From the IMG/VR virus record IMGVR_UViG_3300012936_003490, positions 1 to 64,000 of that record: 64,000 bases of DNA. One strand, given 5' to 3'. This document shows, in pieces, positions 1 to 9,264 of the stretch (position 1 is its first letter; the number at the start of each line of letters is the position of its first letter). The notes under the pieces were generated by a model that saw only the letters and a program-made list of their open reading frames with translations, did not search any database and was not told where the DNA came from. The stretch comes from a virus. The position numbers were made by a program, and so were the translations under genes.

Positions 1-1
1 T

Positions 2-1300
2 AAACTTAAGAATTGGTCTCCGGACCCAAATATCACTCCCGAACAACTTGAAGAAATGCGAGTAGAAGTACTCGATAGAATTATTGTAGCAAGAGTAGGC
101 TTGTTACTTAGACATCCATTCTTTGGTAATATGGCAACACGTTTACGTATTGTTGCCGCTGATGATTGGTTACCTACTGCGGCTGTAGATGGTCGTAATT
201 TATATTTTAACACACAATTCTTTAATGCAATGTCAAACAAAGAAATTGAGTTTGTTATTGCACACGAAATACTACATTGTGTATTTGATCATTTAGGTAG
301 ACGTTTAGACCGTAACCCTATGATTTACAATATTGCCGCTGACTATATTGTAAATAATTTGTTAGTACGTGACCGCATTGGTGAGAAGCCAAAAATTGTA
401 GATTGCTTCCAAGACTTCAAATATGATGGCTGGACTTCAGAAGAAGTATATGACGACATTTATGAAACTGCTAAAAAGAACGGTGAAGAATATCTCAAAC
501 AGTTAGGCGAAATGCTTGACGAACATCTTGAAGGCTTAGGAGATGAAGAAGGTGAAGGCGACGGTGATGCAGGTGAAGAGCAAGATGCAAACGGCAACAA
601 TGTAAGCAAAAAGAAGCCTAAGTATTCAAAAGAAGAAATGCGTAAGATCAAAGACGAGATCAAAGAAGGCATGCTTAGTGCGGCACAGGCAGCTGGTGCA
701 GGTAATACTCCTGCAGAAATCCAACGTATGATCAAAGAGCTTACAGAACCTAAAATGAACTGGCGTGAAATACTACGTCAACAAATTCAATCAACAATCA
801 AATCAGATTACACTTACATGCGTCCTAATAGAAAAGGCTGGCACACAGGTGCAATATTGCCTGGAATGAACTTTGATGAAACAATTGATATTTGTATTGG
901 GCTCGATATGTCAGGTTCAATTGGTGATTCGCAAGCACAAGACTTTTTAAGTGAAGTCAAAGGCATTATGGACGAATACAAAGATTACAATATTAAAATA
1001 TGGTGTTTCGATACTAAGGTTTACAATGAACAAGACTTTAGTGCAGATGGCGGTGATGACCTTACTGACTATGAAATAATGGGAGGCGGCGGCACCGACT
1101 TTGATGTAAACTGGACCTACATGAAAGACAACGACATTCAACCTAAGAAATTTATTATGTTTACAGATGGTTATCCATGGAATAGTTGGGGAGATGAAGA
1201 CTATTGTGAAACTGTATTTGTAATTCATTCTAACAGAGACAAAGATCTACAAGCACCTTTTGGTATTACTACACACTATGAAGAACATGTTGCGGCATAA
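2..1300 (+). CDS. DUF2201-type putative metallopeptidase with C-terminal VWA domain (5' end lies outside the window)
   Basis: HExxH motif (AHEILH), acidic linker, VWA MIDAS-like DMSGS, GGGGTDF and FTDGY. The frame is open from base 2 (KLKNWSPDPN...), so the true start is probably upstream of the window. Confidence 0.85.
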   Translation, partial: KLKNWSPDPNITPEQLEEMRVEVLDRIIVARVGLLLRHPFFGNMATRLRIVAADDWLPTAAVDGRNLYFNTQFFNAMSNKEIEFVIAHEILHCVFDHLGRRLDRNPMIYNIAADYIVNNLLVRDRIGEKPKIVDCFQDFKYDGWTSEEVYDDIYETAKKNGEEYLKQLGEMLDEHLEGLGDEEGEGDGDAGEEQDANGNNVSKKKPKYSKEEMRKIKDEIKEGMLSAAQAAGAGNTPAEIQRMIKELTEPKMNWREILRQQIQSTIKSDYTYMRPNRKGWHTGAILPGMNFDETIDICIGLDMSGSIGDSQAQDFLSEVKGIMDEYKDYNIKIWCFDTKVYNEQDFSADGGDDLTDYEIMGGGGTDFDVNWTYMKDNDIQPKKFIMFTDGYPWNSWGDEDYCETVFVIHSNRDKDLQAPFGITTHYEEHVAA

Positions 1301-1565
1301 AGAGCCGAATGCTTATAATTTATTTGAGATTAGGCGCCTAAAAGTGCCTAGTCCTCATTGCGAATACATAAATTTACCATTGAAATATAATCTAGAACAA
1401 AGCCTTGTAAACTGGATTACAACTAATCTAAAGGGTAGATTTTATGTTGGAAAGTCTGTTGCATTAAGAGAGCAAGGGACAGAAACAGTATGTAAAGTAG
1501 GATTTGAAGACGCAAAAGAACTTTCTTATTTCACTTTGGCATGCCCACTTTTAAAATACAAGTAA
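1287..1565 (+). CDS. hypothetical phage protein
   Basis: ORF overlaps the stop of the upstream gene. ATG at 1287 or 1278 is more likely than the track start at 1260. Confidence 0.7.
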   Translation: MLRHKEPNAYNLFEIRRLKVPSPHCEYINLPLKYNLEQSLVNWITTNLKGRFYVGKSVALREQGTETVCKVGFEDAKELSYFTLACPLLKYK

Positions 1566-1568
1566 ATA
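1563..1568 (+). promoter_or_regulatory. T4-like late promoter core (TAAATA)
   Basis: TAAATA at the start of the gap before the 1603 ATG. The same motif recurs upstream of many genes in the window. Confidence 0.5.
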
Positions 1569-1602
1569 AGTACGTAGTTTATAAATTACACAGGAGATAC
1601 GA

Positions 1603-1881
1603 ATGACTGAAAAAACTAACACTGCTGTATCACAGGATACTTCTACAGCCGCACCTTCAGATGCGCCTGCTCCACAAGCACCTAATACAGCAAATGAAGC
1701 ACCTACAGAGCTTACAATTAGTGACCTTAGTGCATTGAAACAAATTATCGATGTAGCAAGTCAACGAGGTGCATTTAGACCAAACGAAATGATGACTGTT
1801 GGGTCTACATATAACAAACTAGAAACATTCCTAAACGCTGTTGCGGCGCAAAGCAACACCGCTCAGGAAAAAGGAGAATAA
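1603..1881 (+). CDS. hypothetical phage protein
   Basis: AGGAG SD 6 nt upstream of the ATG; low-complexity N-terminus followed by a helical core (LTISDLSALKQIIDVASQRGAF). Confidence 0.8.
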   Translation: MTEKTNTAVSQDTSTAAPSDAPAPQAPNTANEAPTELTISDLSALKQIIDVASQRGAFRPNEMMTVGSTYNKLETFLNAVAAQSNTAQEKGE

Positions 1882-1882
1882 C

Positions 1883-2494
1883 ATGGCATTTAAACATGTT
1901 GGACGTGTGATCAAAACTAAGAAAAAGTGTGCAGTTGCATACAGAGTTGTTCCGGGTGATCCGAACAATTGTTTAGTAGTGATGACTGAAAGTCTAGATG
2001 CTGGTGAGCATGATACACTAATGAATCTTATCGAGTCGCAGACTGGACAAGACGCATATGAGCTTGGCGAAGCAATGGCAAGAACTCAACTTCCAGATGG
2101 CAGAAATATGTTAGCTGGATTTCATACAACTGGAAAGTTCCAAAAGGTTGCATCAAACCTAATTGAAATGACACCTAATAATGTAACTTCAATTCCGTTA
2201 GATGAACTTAACAAAAACATCGCGGAACAAAAAGGTGTTACTATTGCTGATTTAGCATTAAAAGGTGAAGATGGTAAAACAGTGCAACCTAATGCAGAAA
2301 CTACAGATACACCAGTTGATCCTACAGCTACATATACAACAGGAAATACAGATGATGTGTTGACTGACGAAGCACTTGCGGCTCAATATCGTTCGCAAGC
2401 AGACTCTTTGTTTAAAGAAGCAAAGCGTCTAAGAGAACAAGCAGAAGAACTTGTTCCGACTAAGCGCAAGTCAAAGTCAACAGTAGATGGCTAA
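1883..2494 (+). CDS. hypothetical phage protein
   Basis: AGGAG-6 nt-ATG at 1883 (MAFKHVGR...); C-terminal coiled-coil-like segment. Confidence 0.8.
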   Translation: MAFKHVGRVIKTKKKCAVAYRVVPGDPNNCLVVMTESLDAGEHDTLMNLIESQTGQDAYELGEAMARTQLPDGRNMLAGFHTTGKFQKVASNLIEMTPNNVTSIPLDELNKNIAEQKGVTIADLALKGEDGKTVQPNAETTDTPVDPTATYTTGNTDDVLTDEALAAQYRSQADSLFKEAKRLREQAEELVPTKRKSKSTVDG

Positions 2495-2798
2495 AAAAGG
2501 TCGTCTACCTCCAGATATTGTAAAGGCTTGGCCAGATGTATTTAAGGACATACAAATTGATGTAGTTCCTATTGAGTACTTACATAGTGTAAAAGTATAC
2601 TTTACAGACGGAAAAATCTGGGAAATTGATGTAAAGAAATCTTTATCTAAACCGGATTTAGATATTGAAACTGCCCTGACTGATTTATTTGATTCTTACG
2701 AAGACAGTATTGCTAATATTGATTTTCGTTTAGACACACAAAAAGTAAAGCGAGACATCAAAAAACGCACAGAAATATTTATGAAGAAAAGAAAGTAA
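2487..2798 (+). CDS. hypothetical phage protein
   Basis: 103-aa ORF overlapping the upstream stop, consistent with translational coupling. Confidence 0.75.
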   Translation: MAKKGRLPPDIVKAWPDVFKDIQIDVVPIEYLHSVKVYFTDGKIWEIDVKKSLSKPDLDIETALTDLFDSYEDSIANIDFRLDTQKVKRDIKKRTEIFMKKRK

Positions 2799-2804
2799 AA
2801 GGCA

Positions 2805-2810
2805 TAAATA
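2805..2810 (+). promoter_or_regulatory. T4-like late promoter core (cATAAATA)
   Basis: Intergenic, ~30 nt upstream of a structural gene that has an AGGAG SD. Confidence 0.6.
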
Positions 2811-2840
2811 CATGTAACAATTACTATTAGGAGTTAGTAG

Positions 2841-4109
2841 ATGGCTTTACAAGTTAGACGTGGCACAAATGCAGAAAGATTAACAATAACGCCCGCAGAA
2901 GGCGAACTTATATATGTAACTGATACAAAGCAGTTATACGTCGGAGACGGCACCACACAGGGCGGCACGGCATCTATTGCTAACACCATTGATTCACTTC
3001 TTGCTGACACTACTCCTCAACTAGGCGGAAACCTTGATCTTAATAATTTTGAAATTACCGGTACAGGTAATATCAATATAACAGGAACAATTAATGCTAC
3101 TGGCAACATCAATTTAGGCGATGGTGCAGGTGGAGATGTAATTACCATTGGTGGTACTATTTCTGGTAATTTAGAGCCAGACACAACACTTACAAGAAAT
3201 TTAGGTAGTAATATTCTTCAATGGAAAGAAGCATGGATATCTCAGCTAAATGTGGATAGCCAAATTACAGCTGAGAGAATACAAGCAGATCTTATTGCAG
3301 ATGATAGTACACTAGTATTCAATGCCGCTACTGGTCAAATAGCCGCGGAACAAGTAAGTGGTGTGTTCACAGGGAATGTTGTAGGTAATTTAACTGGAAC
3401 TGTTGCAGGGACTTTAGATGGTGATGTGACTGGTTCTATATTTGCAGATGATTCTACCTTGATGGTAGATGGAGTAGGCAATGCTGTTACCGTAACTACA
3501 GTTACAGCATCCGACCGAATGACAAGCGGCTCATTAACAGTACAAGATTTTACACCTATAGGACAAGGAACAATACAATTTTATAGAAAAGTTTCTGGCA
3601 CTATTAACACCAATGACAACAGACCACATGGTTTAATTTACTTCGGTAAAGATGATGACGCAGGACGAGCAGAAAAACCAAGTGCAATAGTTGGCGGACA
3701 AGAATACTTGAGATTTCATGTTGATCCTGTAAATGAAGATCTCAGTGGTCTTGGTGATACTACAACACAAATGACATGGCAAAGTGATAACGGTTACAAT
3801 AAATTAGGAATTGGATATCGTAACCCTCCGGGCACTGAAAGATTACAAGTTAAAGGCGATCTTAGAACTGAAGGCTATATTGCTACAGATCAAATTAAGA
3901 TTCAGGGTAATCAAATTGCTACGACAGATAGTAACGCTAACTTAGAATTAAATGCAAATGGTAGTGGAACTATAGAATTGACTGTGCCTGTACAAGCTAC
4001 AGTCGGTGCTGCCGGTGCTGCCGCGGCTTTACCTGCACAACCATCTACATACTTCAAAATTAATGTAGCAGGAACAGAATATGTAGTGCCTGCATATGCA
4101 GTCAGCTAA
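2841..4109 (+). CDS. tail fibre / receptor-binding-type virion protein with Mtd_N-like N-terminus
   Basis: N-terminal LQVRRGT...GELIYVTDTKQLYVGDG motif, PQLGGNLDLN motif, G/T/N-rich beta-strand repeats and two IADDST/FADDST repeats. Confidence 0.75.
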   Translation: MALQVRRGTNAERLTITPAEGELIYVTDTKQLYVGDGTTQGGTASIANTIDSLLADTTPQLGGNLDLNNFEITGTGNINITGTINATGNINLGDGAGGDVITIGGTISGNLEPDTTLTRNLGSNILQWKEAWISQLNVDSQITAERIQADLIADDSTLVFNAATGQIAAEQVSGVFTGNVVGNLTGTVAGTLDGDVTGSIFADDSTLMVDGVGNAVTVTTVTASDRMTSGSLTVQDFTPIGQGTIQFYRKVSGTINTNDNRPHGLIYFGKDDDAGRAEKPSAIVGGQEYLRFHVDPVNEDLSGLGDTTTQMTWQSDNGYNKLGIGYRNPPGTERLQVKGDLRTEGYIATDQIKIQGNQIATTDSNANLELNANGSGTIELTVPVQATVGAAGAAAALPAQPSTYFKINVAGTEYVVPAYAVS

Positions 4110-4163
4110 TTTATAATTTTCAATATCATTCATAGTGTAACATTTGCCTAGGTAAATATTTCC

Positions 4164-4943
4164 ATGGAAGTTAATTTAACGAAATTAAAAAAGCCAAAAC
4201 GTCTGTTCAAAGAACCAAACTCATCTAATAAATTTTACGAAAAAGACAAAGAAGGTTCATTTATTAAAGATGATCCAGGATCCGATATTTTCACCATAGA
4301 TGTAAAACAAACTACAGATTGGAATACAATTGAGTTTGAGTACAAATGGAACAGCTTAGGTTTACGTGGGCCTGAGCCTGATTATACAAAATCTAATAGA
4401 ATATTATTTGCAGGAGGAAGCCTATGTGTTGGCACTGGTGTTCCTGTAGAAAATAGTTTTCCTTTTTTAGTGTCAAAAATGCTAGATGCATCATATATAA
4501 ATGTTGCTGATGTTGATACCATGTCAGATCTTATACAACCATTGAAAAAATTTGTTGACTTTGATCCTCAATATGTGATTATTAACGATACAAGATTTAT
4601 ACAGATGTATGGCTGGGCTCTTGTAGATATCTATAGAGTAAAGAATTTTGAAAGTAAGGAATTCTATAAAAACGTATTCGTAGAATGCGATAAGAACTTT
4701 CTACTAATGTTCGAAGCATATCTAAAAGATCTATTTCCAAATGCTACATTAATACTAGCGCATTGTGTGAGAAGAGCATTCAAAATAGAAATGCCCTCAT
4801 TTAAATATTTTAAAATAGTACAGCTAGAAAAGAAACAAGTGGTTGATCTTGCAAGAGATAATGCCCACCCGGGAATGTTATCTCATGAATTATTTGCAAA
4901 AAAAATAGTTAAAGCTATTAATGTTCAAACATCTATCACATAA
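4164..4943 (+). CDS. SGNH/GDSL-like hydrolase or acyltransferase
   Basis: YKWNSLGLRG, FAGGS (block I-like) and C-terminal DNAHPG (DxxH). TAAATA at 4153-4158 lies just upstream. Confidence 0.6.
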   Translation: MEVNLTKLKKPKRLFKEPNSSNKFYEKDKEGSFIKDDPGSDIFTIDVKQTTDWNTIEFEYKWNSLGLRGPEPDYTKSNRILFAGGSLCVGTGVPVENSFPFLVSKMLDASYINVADVDTMSDLIQPLKKFVDFDPQYVIINDTRFIQMYGWALVDIYRVKNFESKEFYKNVFVECDKNFLLMFEAYLKDLFPNATLILAHCVRRAFKIEMPSFKYFKIVQLEKKQVVDLARDNAHPGMLSHELFAKKIVKAINVQTSIT

Positions 4944-5932
4944 TCTTTTGAACCGTTTTCTAACAACCATTCAAATCGTTCGTTCATAAATCCTGTAGCT
5001 TGCAAGGTAATTCGTGGAGTGTATCCCATGTTTGAAGCCGCATGTGGCATATTAGTCCAGTCATAGACAACACATTCTCCGGCATCATATCCTTGATAAT
5101 AGGTATTTCCAAACTGCCAGACATGTCCATAATCCCATGGAGTCAATGAAATTAGAACTCTTCTAAGTTTCAATGGATTTTTGTCAGCACCTGCATCTAA
5201 CCATCTTTTCCTCCAATGACTTCGAGCATATCTCATTTGTTGATCGATATGGAATGGAGTTACTTGGCCTAATCGTTGTATATGTACCCGTGACATATGT
5301 ACATCGTACATGCCTATTTCTTTAAACATATTAAAGAATGGTTTATATGCAGGATGATCATCAATTTTCCAATCTTCATTACCGTCTTTGTCAAATCCCT
5401 TTAGATTACAAATGGTGTCATAGTACATGCAAGATACATCATCTCGACCTGACGCTCGTTGAATATCTAATAATTCTCCGTCGTGTAAACTTTTATCTTG
5501 CAGAGATTGTGTTCTTTTTCTGTAATTTCCTATAGTATGCTCTTTAGATCTTGATAATGCTCTCTTTATACCTTCATCCCAATCTCCTTTAAACTTACAA
5601 ATTACATTAAATGTTTGTTCTTGACTGTCTCCTTTAGGATCAAAATGCCAGGTTGATCTAAGTTTATTGTGATACCAACGACTAGGTATACCATCAACTG
5701 TAAACGGATTCATTTCAGCATCGGCATGTCTTTTTAATTGATCATCTGAATACATATCATCTTGATAATTAGTATCGTTAATGTTAACTCCTTGTGCATA
5801 TTCTGGAATCTCTTTTGGGATTAAATCGCTTACAAGTTCTCCAGAATCATAATTTTTATTATTAGATTGACTTTCGATTATATTATCTAACTTAGCCATT
5901 TCATCTGCATAATGTTTTGCATCTTTATTCAT
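4925..5932 (-). CDS. Fe(II)/2-oxoglutarate-dependent oxygenase-like protein
   Basis: HID ... PH..SN.G..PR facial-triad pattern; clear paralogue of 7538..8203. Confidence 0.65.
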   Translation of the reverse strand: MNKDAKHYADEMAKLDNIIESQSNNKNYDSGELVSDLIPKEIPEYAQGVNINDTNYQDDMYSDDQLKRHADAEMNPFTVDGIPSRWYHNKLRSTWHFDPKGDSQEQTFNVICKFKGDWDEGIKRALSRSKEHTIGNYRKRTQSLQDKSLHDGELLDIQRASGRDDVSCMYYDTICNLKGFDKDGNEDWKIDDHPAYKPFFNMFKEIGMYDVHMSRVHIQRLGQVTPFHIDQQMRYARSHWRKRWLDAGADKNPLKLRRVLISLTPWDYGHVWQFGNTYYQGYDAGECVVYDWTNMPHAASNMGYTPRITLQATGFMNERFEWLLENGSKDYVIDV

Positions 5933-5948
5933 GATAAATCCTTTAAAT

Positions 5949-6470
5949 TCATTTATAACCTTCTACGCCAATAGGTCGTTGGCAGTGTTCTATTGTGCTC
6001 AAAAACCAGTTAAGAGTAGTTTGATCGCCTATATCAATGTCAACGATATAGTGAACAGTATTGTCTTTGAAACAAAAACTGTAATGCACTACACTTGTGT
6101 TAACACATACCCATTGCCCCGGACGAAAGTTTTGTATTTGTCCATCTATTACATATGTACATTCTTCTGGATGACTGTTATTAGCAAAACAATTTAGTCT
6201 AAGCCATTTTGGCTCCATGTTATTGAAAAAATCTCTGTGAGGTGAGAAAAAACTGCCAGCGTTTAAGTTAACATGTACAGCTTTTTGATGCTTACCTTTG
6301 ATACCCCAACTATCTGGAGCATTAAGGTAACGATATACAGTTTTATTACCTAACATTCCTGTATATCTTTCAGACTCAACTAAATCTGTATGTAATGGTT
6401 CTAAAGGAGCATATAGATCTAATGCAATTACATTGCCAAATTTAGCATGGATATCTGTAGCATTGGTCAT
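5949..6470 (-). CDS. aspartyl/asparaginyl beta-hydroxylase-like (Fe/2OG) protein
   Basis: GSFFSPHRD ... NTSVVHYSF (HxD...H). Confidence 0.65.
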   Translation of the reverse strand: MTNATDIHAKFGNVIALDLYAPLEPLHTDLVESERYTGMLGNKTVYRYLNAPDSWGIKGKHQKAVHVNLNAGSFFSPHRDFFNNMEPKWLRLNCFANNSHPEECTYVIDGQIQNFRPGQWVCVNTSVVHYSFCFKDNTVHYIVDIDIGDQTTLNWFLSTIEHCQRPIGVEGYK

Positions 6471-7054
6471 TAATTTTCCTCGCAGTCCGGTAATATCTTT
6501 GCAATTTGTCTTAGATTTTGTTCATTTAAATACACACTCATTAAAATATGATAGATGTCGTCTGCCATAGCAAAACTTCCATGTGTTTTTCTAGTGTTAA
6601 GTATGTATGGAACACCTGCTTCAAATCTCTCAATTTTACCATCATAGAAAAACATCCAATCGCTATCTTTAGTTTTATTAAGAGGTATAAAAATTCTAAA
6701 TTGGTCGTTTAGTCTATATGCATCTCTATGGGGCCTAAAAAAACTTCCCTTCTGCATAGTCACTGCTCTGCATCTTGCAAGTTCAGTCCATTTATCAAAA
6801 AATAATTTTATACTAGGGCACATTTCTAGATTAGCATTATAAGGTTGATTTCTTGCGTGTTTAATCTCAGGTGGTGCATCTAATCCTAGATCCTCTATAG
6901 GTCCAGTGAGGTTAATAGCAGTTTTGTTATTAGGACCTGGTAGCCAGTTTGAAACAGATTTTAGTTCGTCAATGGTTTGTTGTTTGAATTTATAATCTAA
7001 TTTTATTATATCACCGTACGATGAAAGAATACTGTGCAAACTCATGGCTTCCAT
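6470..7054 (-). CDS. aspartyl/asparaginyl beta-hydroxylase-like (Fe/2OG) protein
   Basis: GSFFRPHRD, RIFIPL and NTRKTHGS motifs. Confidence 0.7.
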   Translation of the reverse strand: MEAMSLHSILSSYGDIIKLDYKFKQQTIDELKSVSNWLPGPNNKTAINLTGPIEDLGLDAPPEIKHARNQPYNANLEMCPSIKLFFDKWTELARCRAVTMQKGSFFRPHRDAYRLNDQFRIFIPLNKTKDSDWMFFYDGKIERFEAGVPYILNTRKTHGSFAMADDIYHILMSVYLNEQNLRQIAKILPDCEEN

Positions 7055-7299
7055 TATACGTCACCTCTATCCTTCATATCTTTATTCATCTTCCAGATAT
7101 GATGTATTTTCATAATTTGGTGATACATTTTAATAATAGTAACAGGACCATCTGATTTGTACCAAGCTGGAACTATACCATGTATGTAACTCTTAAATGC
7201 AACAGAAATTAATTTATTACTTTGTTTGAAACTATGGCGCAGGTGTTTCCAGTACGACCATTGTGTTTCTTCTAGATGTTCTTTGCTTTTACTAAACAT
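7054..7299 (-). CDS. small DUF6356-like protein
   Basis: HL...SYWKHL.....IHGIVP pattern; paralogue of 14356..14613. TAAATA at 7304-7309 lies upstream. Confidence 0.6.
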   Translation of the reverse strand: MFSKSKEHLEETQWSYWKHLRHSFKQSNKLISVAFKSYIHGIVPAWYKSDGPVTIIKMYHQIMKIHHIWKMNKDMKDRGDV

Positions 7300-7319
7300 A
7301 AACTATTTACCAAACCATT

Positions 7320-7541
7320 TTATGGCCAATATAGTATTATGAGCATAGGAATGATAATTGCAAACTGTGGAAGAAAATTAAGTATAATTGCTTTCTCTTT
7401 CCAACGCCAGCCTACGTATATCCAACCTGCGGCTCCTATCATTTGTAGTATGCTGTTCCATGGAGTTATACCAGCAACATGCAGAACCATCGCTAATAGG
7501 ATGGTTACTGCACTACAATATTTAATATACGTAACTATTAT
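7320..7541 (-). CDS. small multi-pass membrane protein (DUF6552-like), absent from the ORF track
   Basis: Open frame IIVTYIKYCSAVTILLAMVLHVAGITPWNSILQMIGAAGWIYVGWRWKEKAIILNFLPQFAIIIPMLIILYWP* fills the gap between neighbouring genes. Start is ATA at 7541 (overlapping the upstream TAA) or ATG at 7490. Confidence 0.7.
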   Translation of the reverse strand: MIVTYIKYCSAVTILLAMVLHVAGITPWNSILQMIGAAGWIYVGWRWKEKAIILNFLPQFAIIIPMLIILYWP

Positions 7542-8203
7542 ATTAATATCCTGTTGTTATATGTGCTAAAAAGTTTTAGTGTTTTTTCTGTAGCTACGCC
7601 CGTAACTAACAAAGTACAGCGTGGACCGTGTCCAGCATTTGCTGTACAATGTGGAACATTGTACCAATCAAAACTATAAATTTCTCCTGCACGATAACCA
7701 GTGTGTACAAAGTTTCCGTACTGTATGAAATGCCCAGGTTCCCAGTCATTAAGCATTACCATAAAACGATAAACACTATGCGGATCTTTTTTGTTCCATT
7801 TTTCAAGTTTGTCTATGTGTAAGTTCCACACTTGACCTGGAAACTGTACATGCACACGACTTTGTATTGGTTTTTCAGTGTCAGTCTTTAGACATAATGC
7901 ATCAGTCATTCTTTGAAAAATTGGTAGTAAATCATATTCTAAATTAGTTAAAATCAAACTAGGATCAGATCCACTACGAATTAAATCGTATTCTTCAAGA
8001 TCTATTTCAGGACTTGTACCATCATTAGGGTTACGATTGCGCCAGGTAATCGCATGGCTATTTGAAATAGTTTCTGCAAGTTCCTGGCTCCAATCACCTT
8101 CAAAACGCCCAGCGTAGCGCATTGCGTCATATGCTGGGTCATTCTTGAAAGGATCAAAATGATAACTGGTTCTTGGTTTTAATTTATCCCAGTTACTTTC
8201 CAT
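7538..8203 (-). CDS. Fe(II)/2-oxoglutarate-dependent oxygenase-like protein
   Basis: VHVQFPGQVWNLHID ... DWYNVPHCTANAG..PR (HxD...H). Confidence 0.65.
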   Translation of the reverse strand: MESNWDKLKPRTSYHFDPFKNDPAYDAMRYAGRFEGDWSQELAETISNSHAITWRNRNPNDGTSPEIDLEEYDLIRSGSDPSLILTNLEYDLLPIFQRMTDALCLKTDTEKPIQSRVHVQFPGQVWNLHIDKLEKWNKKDPHSVYRFMVMLNDWEPGHFIQYGNFVHTGYRAGEIYSFDWYNVPHCTANAGHGPRCTLLVTGVATEKTLKLFSTYNNRILI

Positions 8204-9247
8204 TTACTTGACCAAGTCTTCTTTGTATATGCTCTTTAGTCCAAGTGCTTCGCTGTTGAACTTAACAAGGTCCTGTAATGCATCTTGTGTAACAAAGGTT
8301 AGAAGTTTGTCACGCTGAGCATCGCCTGCTTTTCCAATGTACCAATCGTACTTACCATTCTTCTTAATAAGTGCCGCGATTGCTTTAGGATCTTTGCTCA
8401 TTGCTGTCAATGCCGCCGCTAATTTATCACGATTTGGATTTCCTTTGTTTACCCACAAAGCCTTTTGTAATCCATCACGGAAACTTTTAACTAGTTTGTA
8501 TGCATTGTAAAAATCTCCACTAGGTGCTTTACCCCAACGCTCTTCAAATAGGATTTCTAATTGCAAGCCTGGAAAATTAGGGTCATCTGCATGTGATCCA
8601 TCTGGCTGTAACAATCCATGGTGGAACCAAAGTTCTGCGTTAGTATCTGGCTCAACGTGCTTTTTGTATGTTGCAGGATTTTCTCTTGTACCTGAAAGTT
8701 CTCCACGCTTGAATGCAAGTCTACGTTCTGCTGTACTCATACCTTTCACCCAAGTTACATGCTTGTCAAAACATGAAATGTATTCGTCTACACTCTTGTC
8801 TGGTCCACAGATAAGAAGTGCGATAGCAAATGCTTCTGGTACCATTCCTGAACCTGCAGGAAATCTTGGATTATCCATGTCTTCGCCTTTGCGCTTGCCA
8901 GCAATAATGTTTAGGTTCATCATGCCTACACTGTCATATTCACGATAGTCATAGTCGACTGCTTCTTGTAGGAAACTTACACCATTTCCACCGTGTGATA
9001 CCATAACAGTCTTATCATCAAAACGTAAGTTATTATGATATTCATTAAAGCCAGGAATATCTCTTGCGCCTGGCAACATTTTAATTTTAATTTTTTCACC
9101 TAGAAATGGTTCTAGTTCTTTAGCAACAATTTCTGCCCACACTGTAGTTCCTTGTCCTGCTTTTTGGGGAACAACAAAAGTATAGTCAGCTAATGCTGGT
9201 GTAGCAATACCAAGTGCTACAATTATTGATGTGAGTAAGCGTTTCAT
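8204..9247 (-). CDS. tctC: tripartite tricarboxylate transporter substrate-binding protein (TctC/Bug-like, divergent)
   Basis: AGGAG-7 nt-ATG at 9247; signal peptide MKRLLTSIIVALGIATPALA; VVPQKAGQGT resembles the Bug-family VPxxAGG motif; directly downstream of tctA. Confidence 0.65.
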   Translation of the reverse strand: MKRLLTSIIVALGIATPALADYTFVVPQKAGQGTTVWAEIVAKELEPFLGEKIKIKMLPGARDIPGFNEYHNNLRFDDKTVMVSHGGNGVSFLQEAVDYDYREYDSVGMMNLNIIAGKRKGEDMDNPRFPAGSGMVPEAFAIALLICGPDKSVDEYISCFDKHVTWVKGMSTAERRLAFKRGELSGTRENPATYKKHVEPDTNAELWFHHGLLQPDGSHADDPNFPGLQLEILFEERWGKAPSGDFYNAYKLVKSFRDGLQKALWVNKGNPNRDKLAAALTAMSKDPKAIAALIKKNGKYDWYIGKAGDAQRDKLLTFVTQDALQDLVKFNSEALGLKSIYKEDLVK

Positions 9248-9264
9248 AAATTTTCTCCTATATA

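Noticed and set aside
4424-4456. AGGAGG-6 nt-ATG mini-ORF MCWHWCSCRK inside the SGNH-like gene
   Set aside because: Ten codons; the SD is explained by host GGA-GGA (Gly-Gly) codons.
7276-7569. 97-aa plus-strand ORF from the track
   Set aside because: Antisense shadow of the membrane gene at 7320-7541, which fits the operon orientation.
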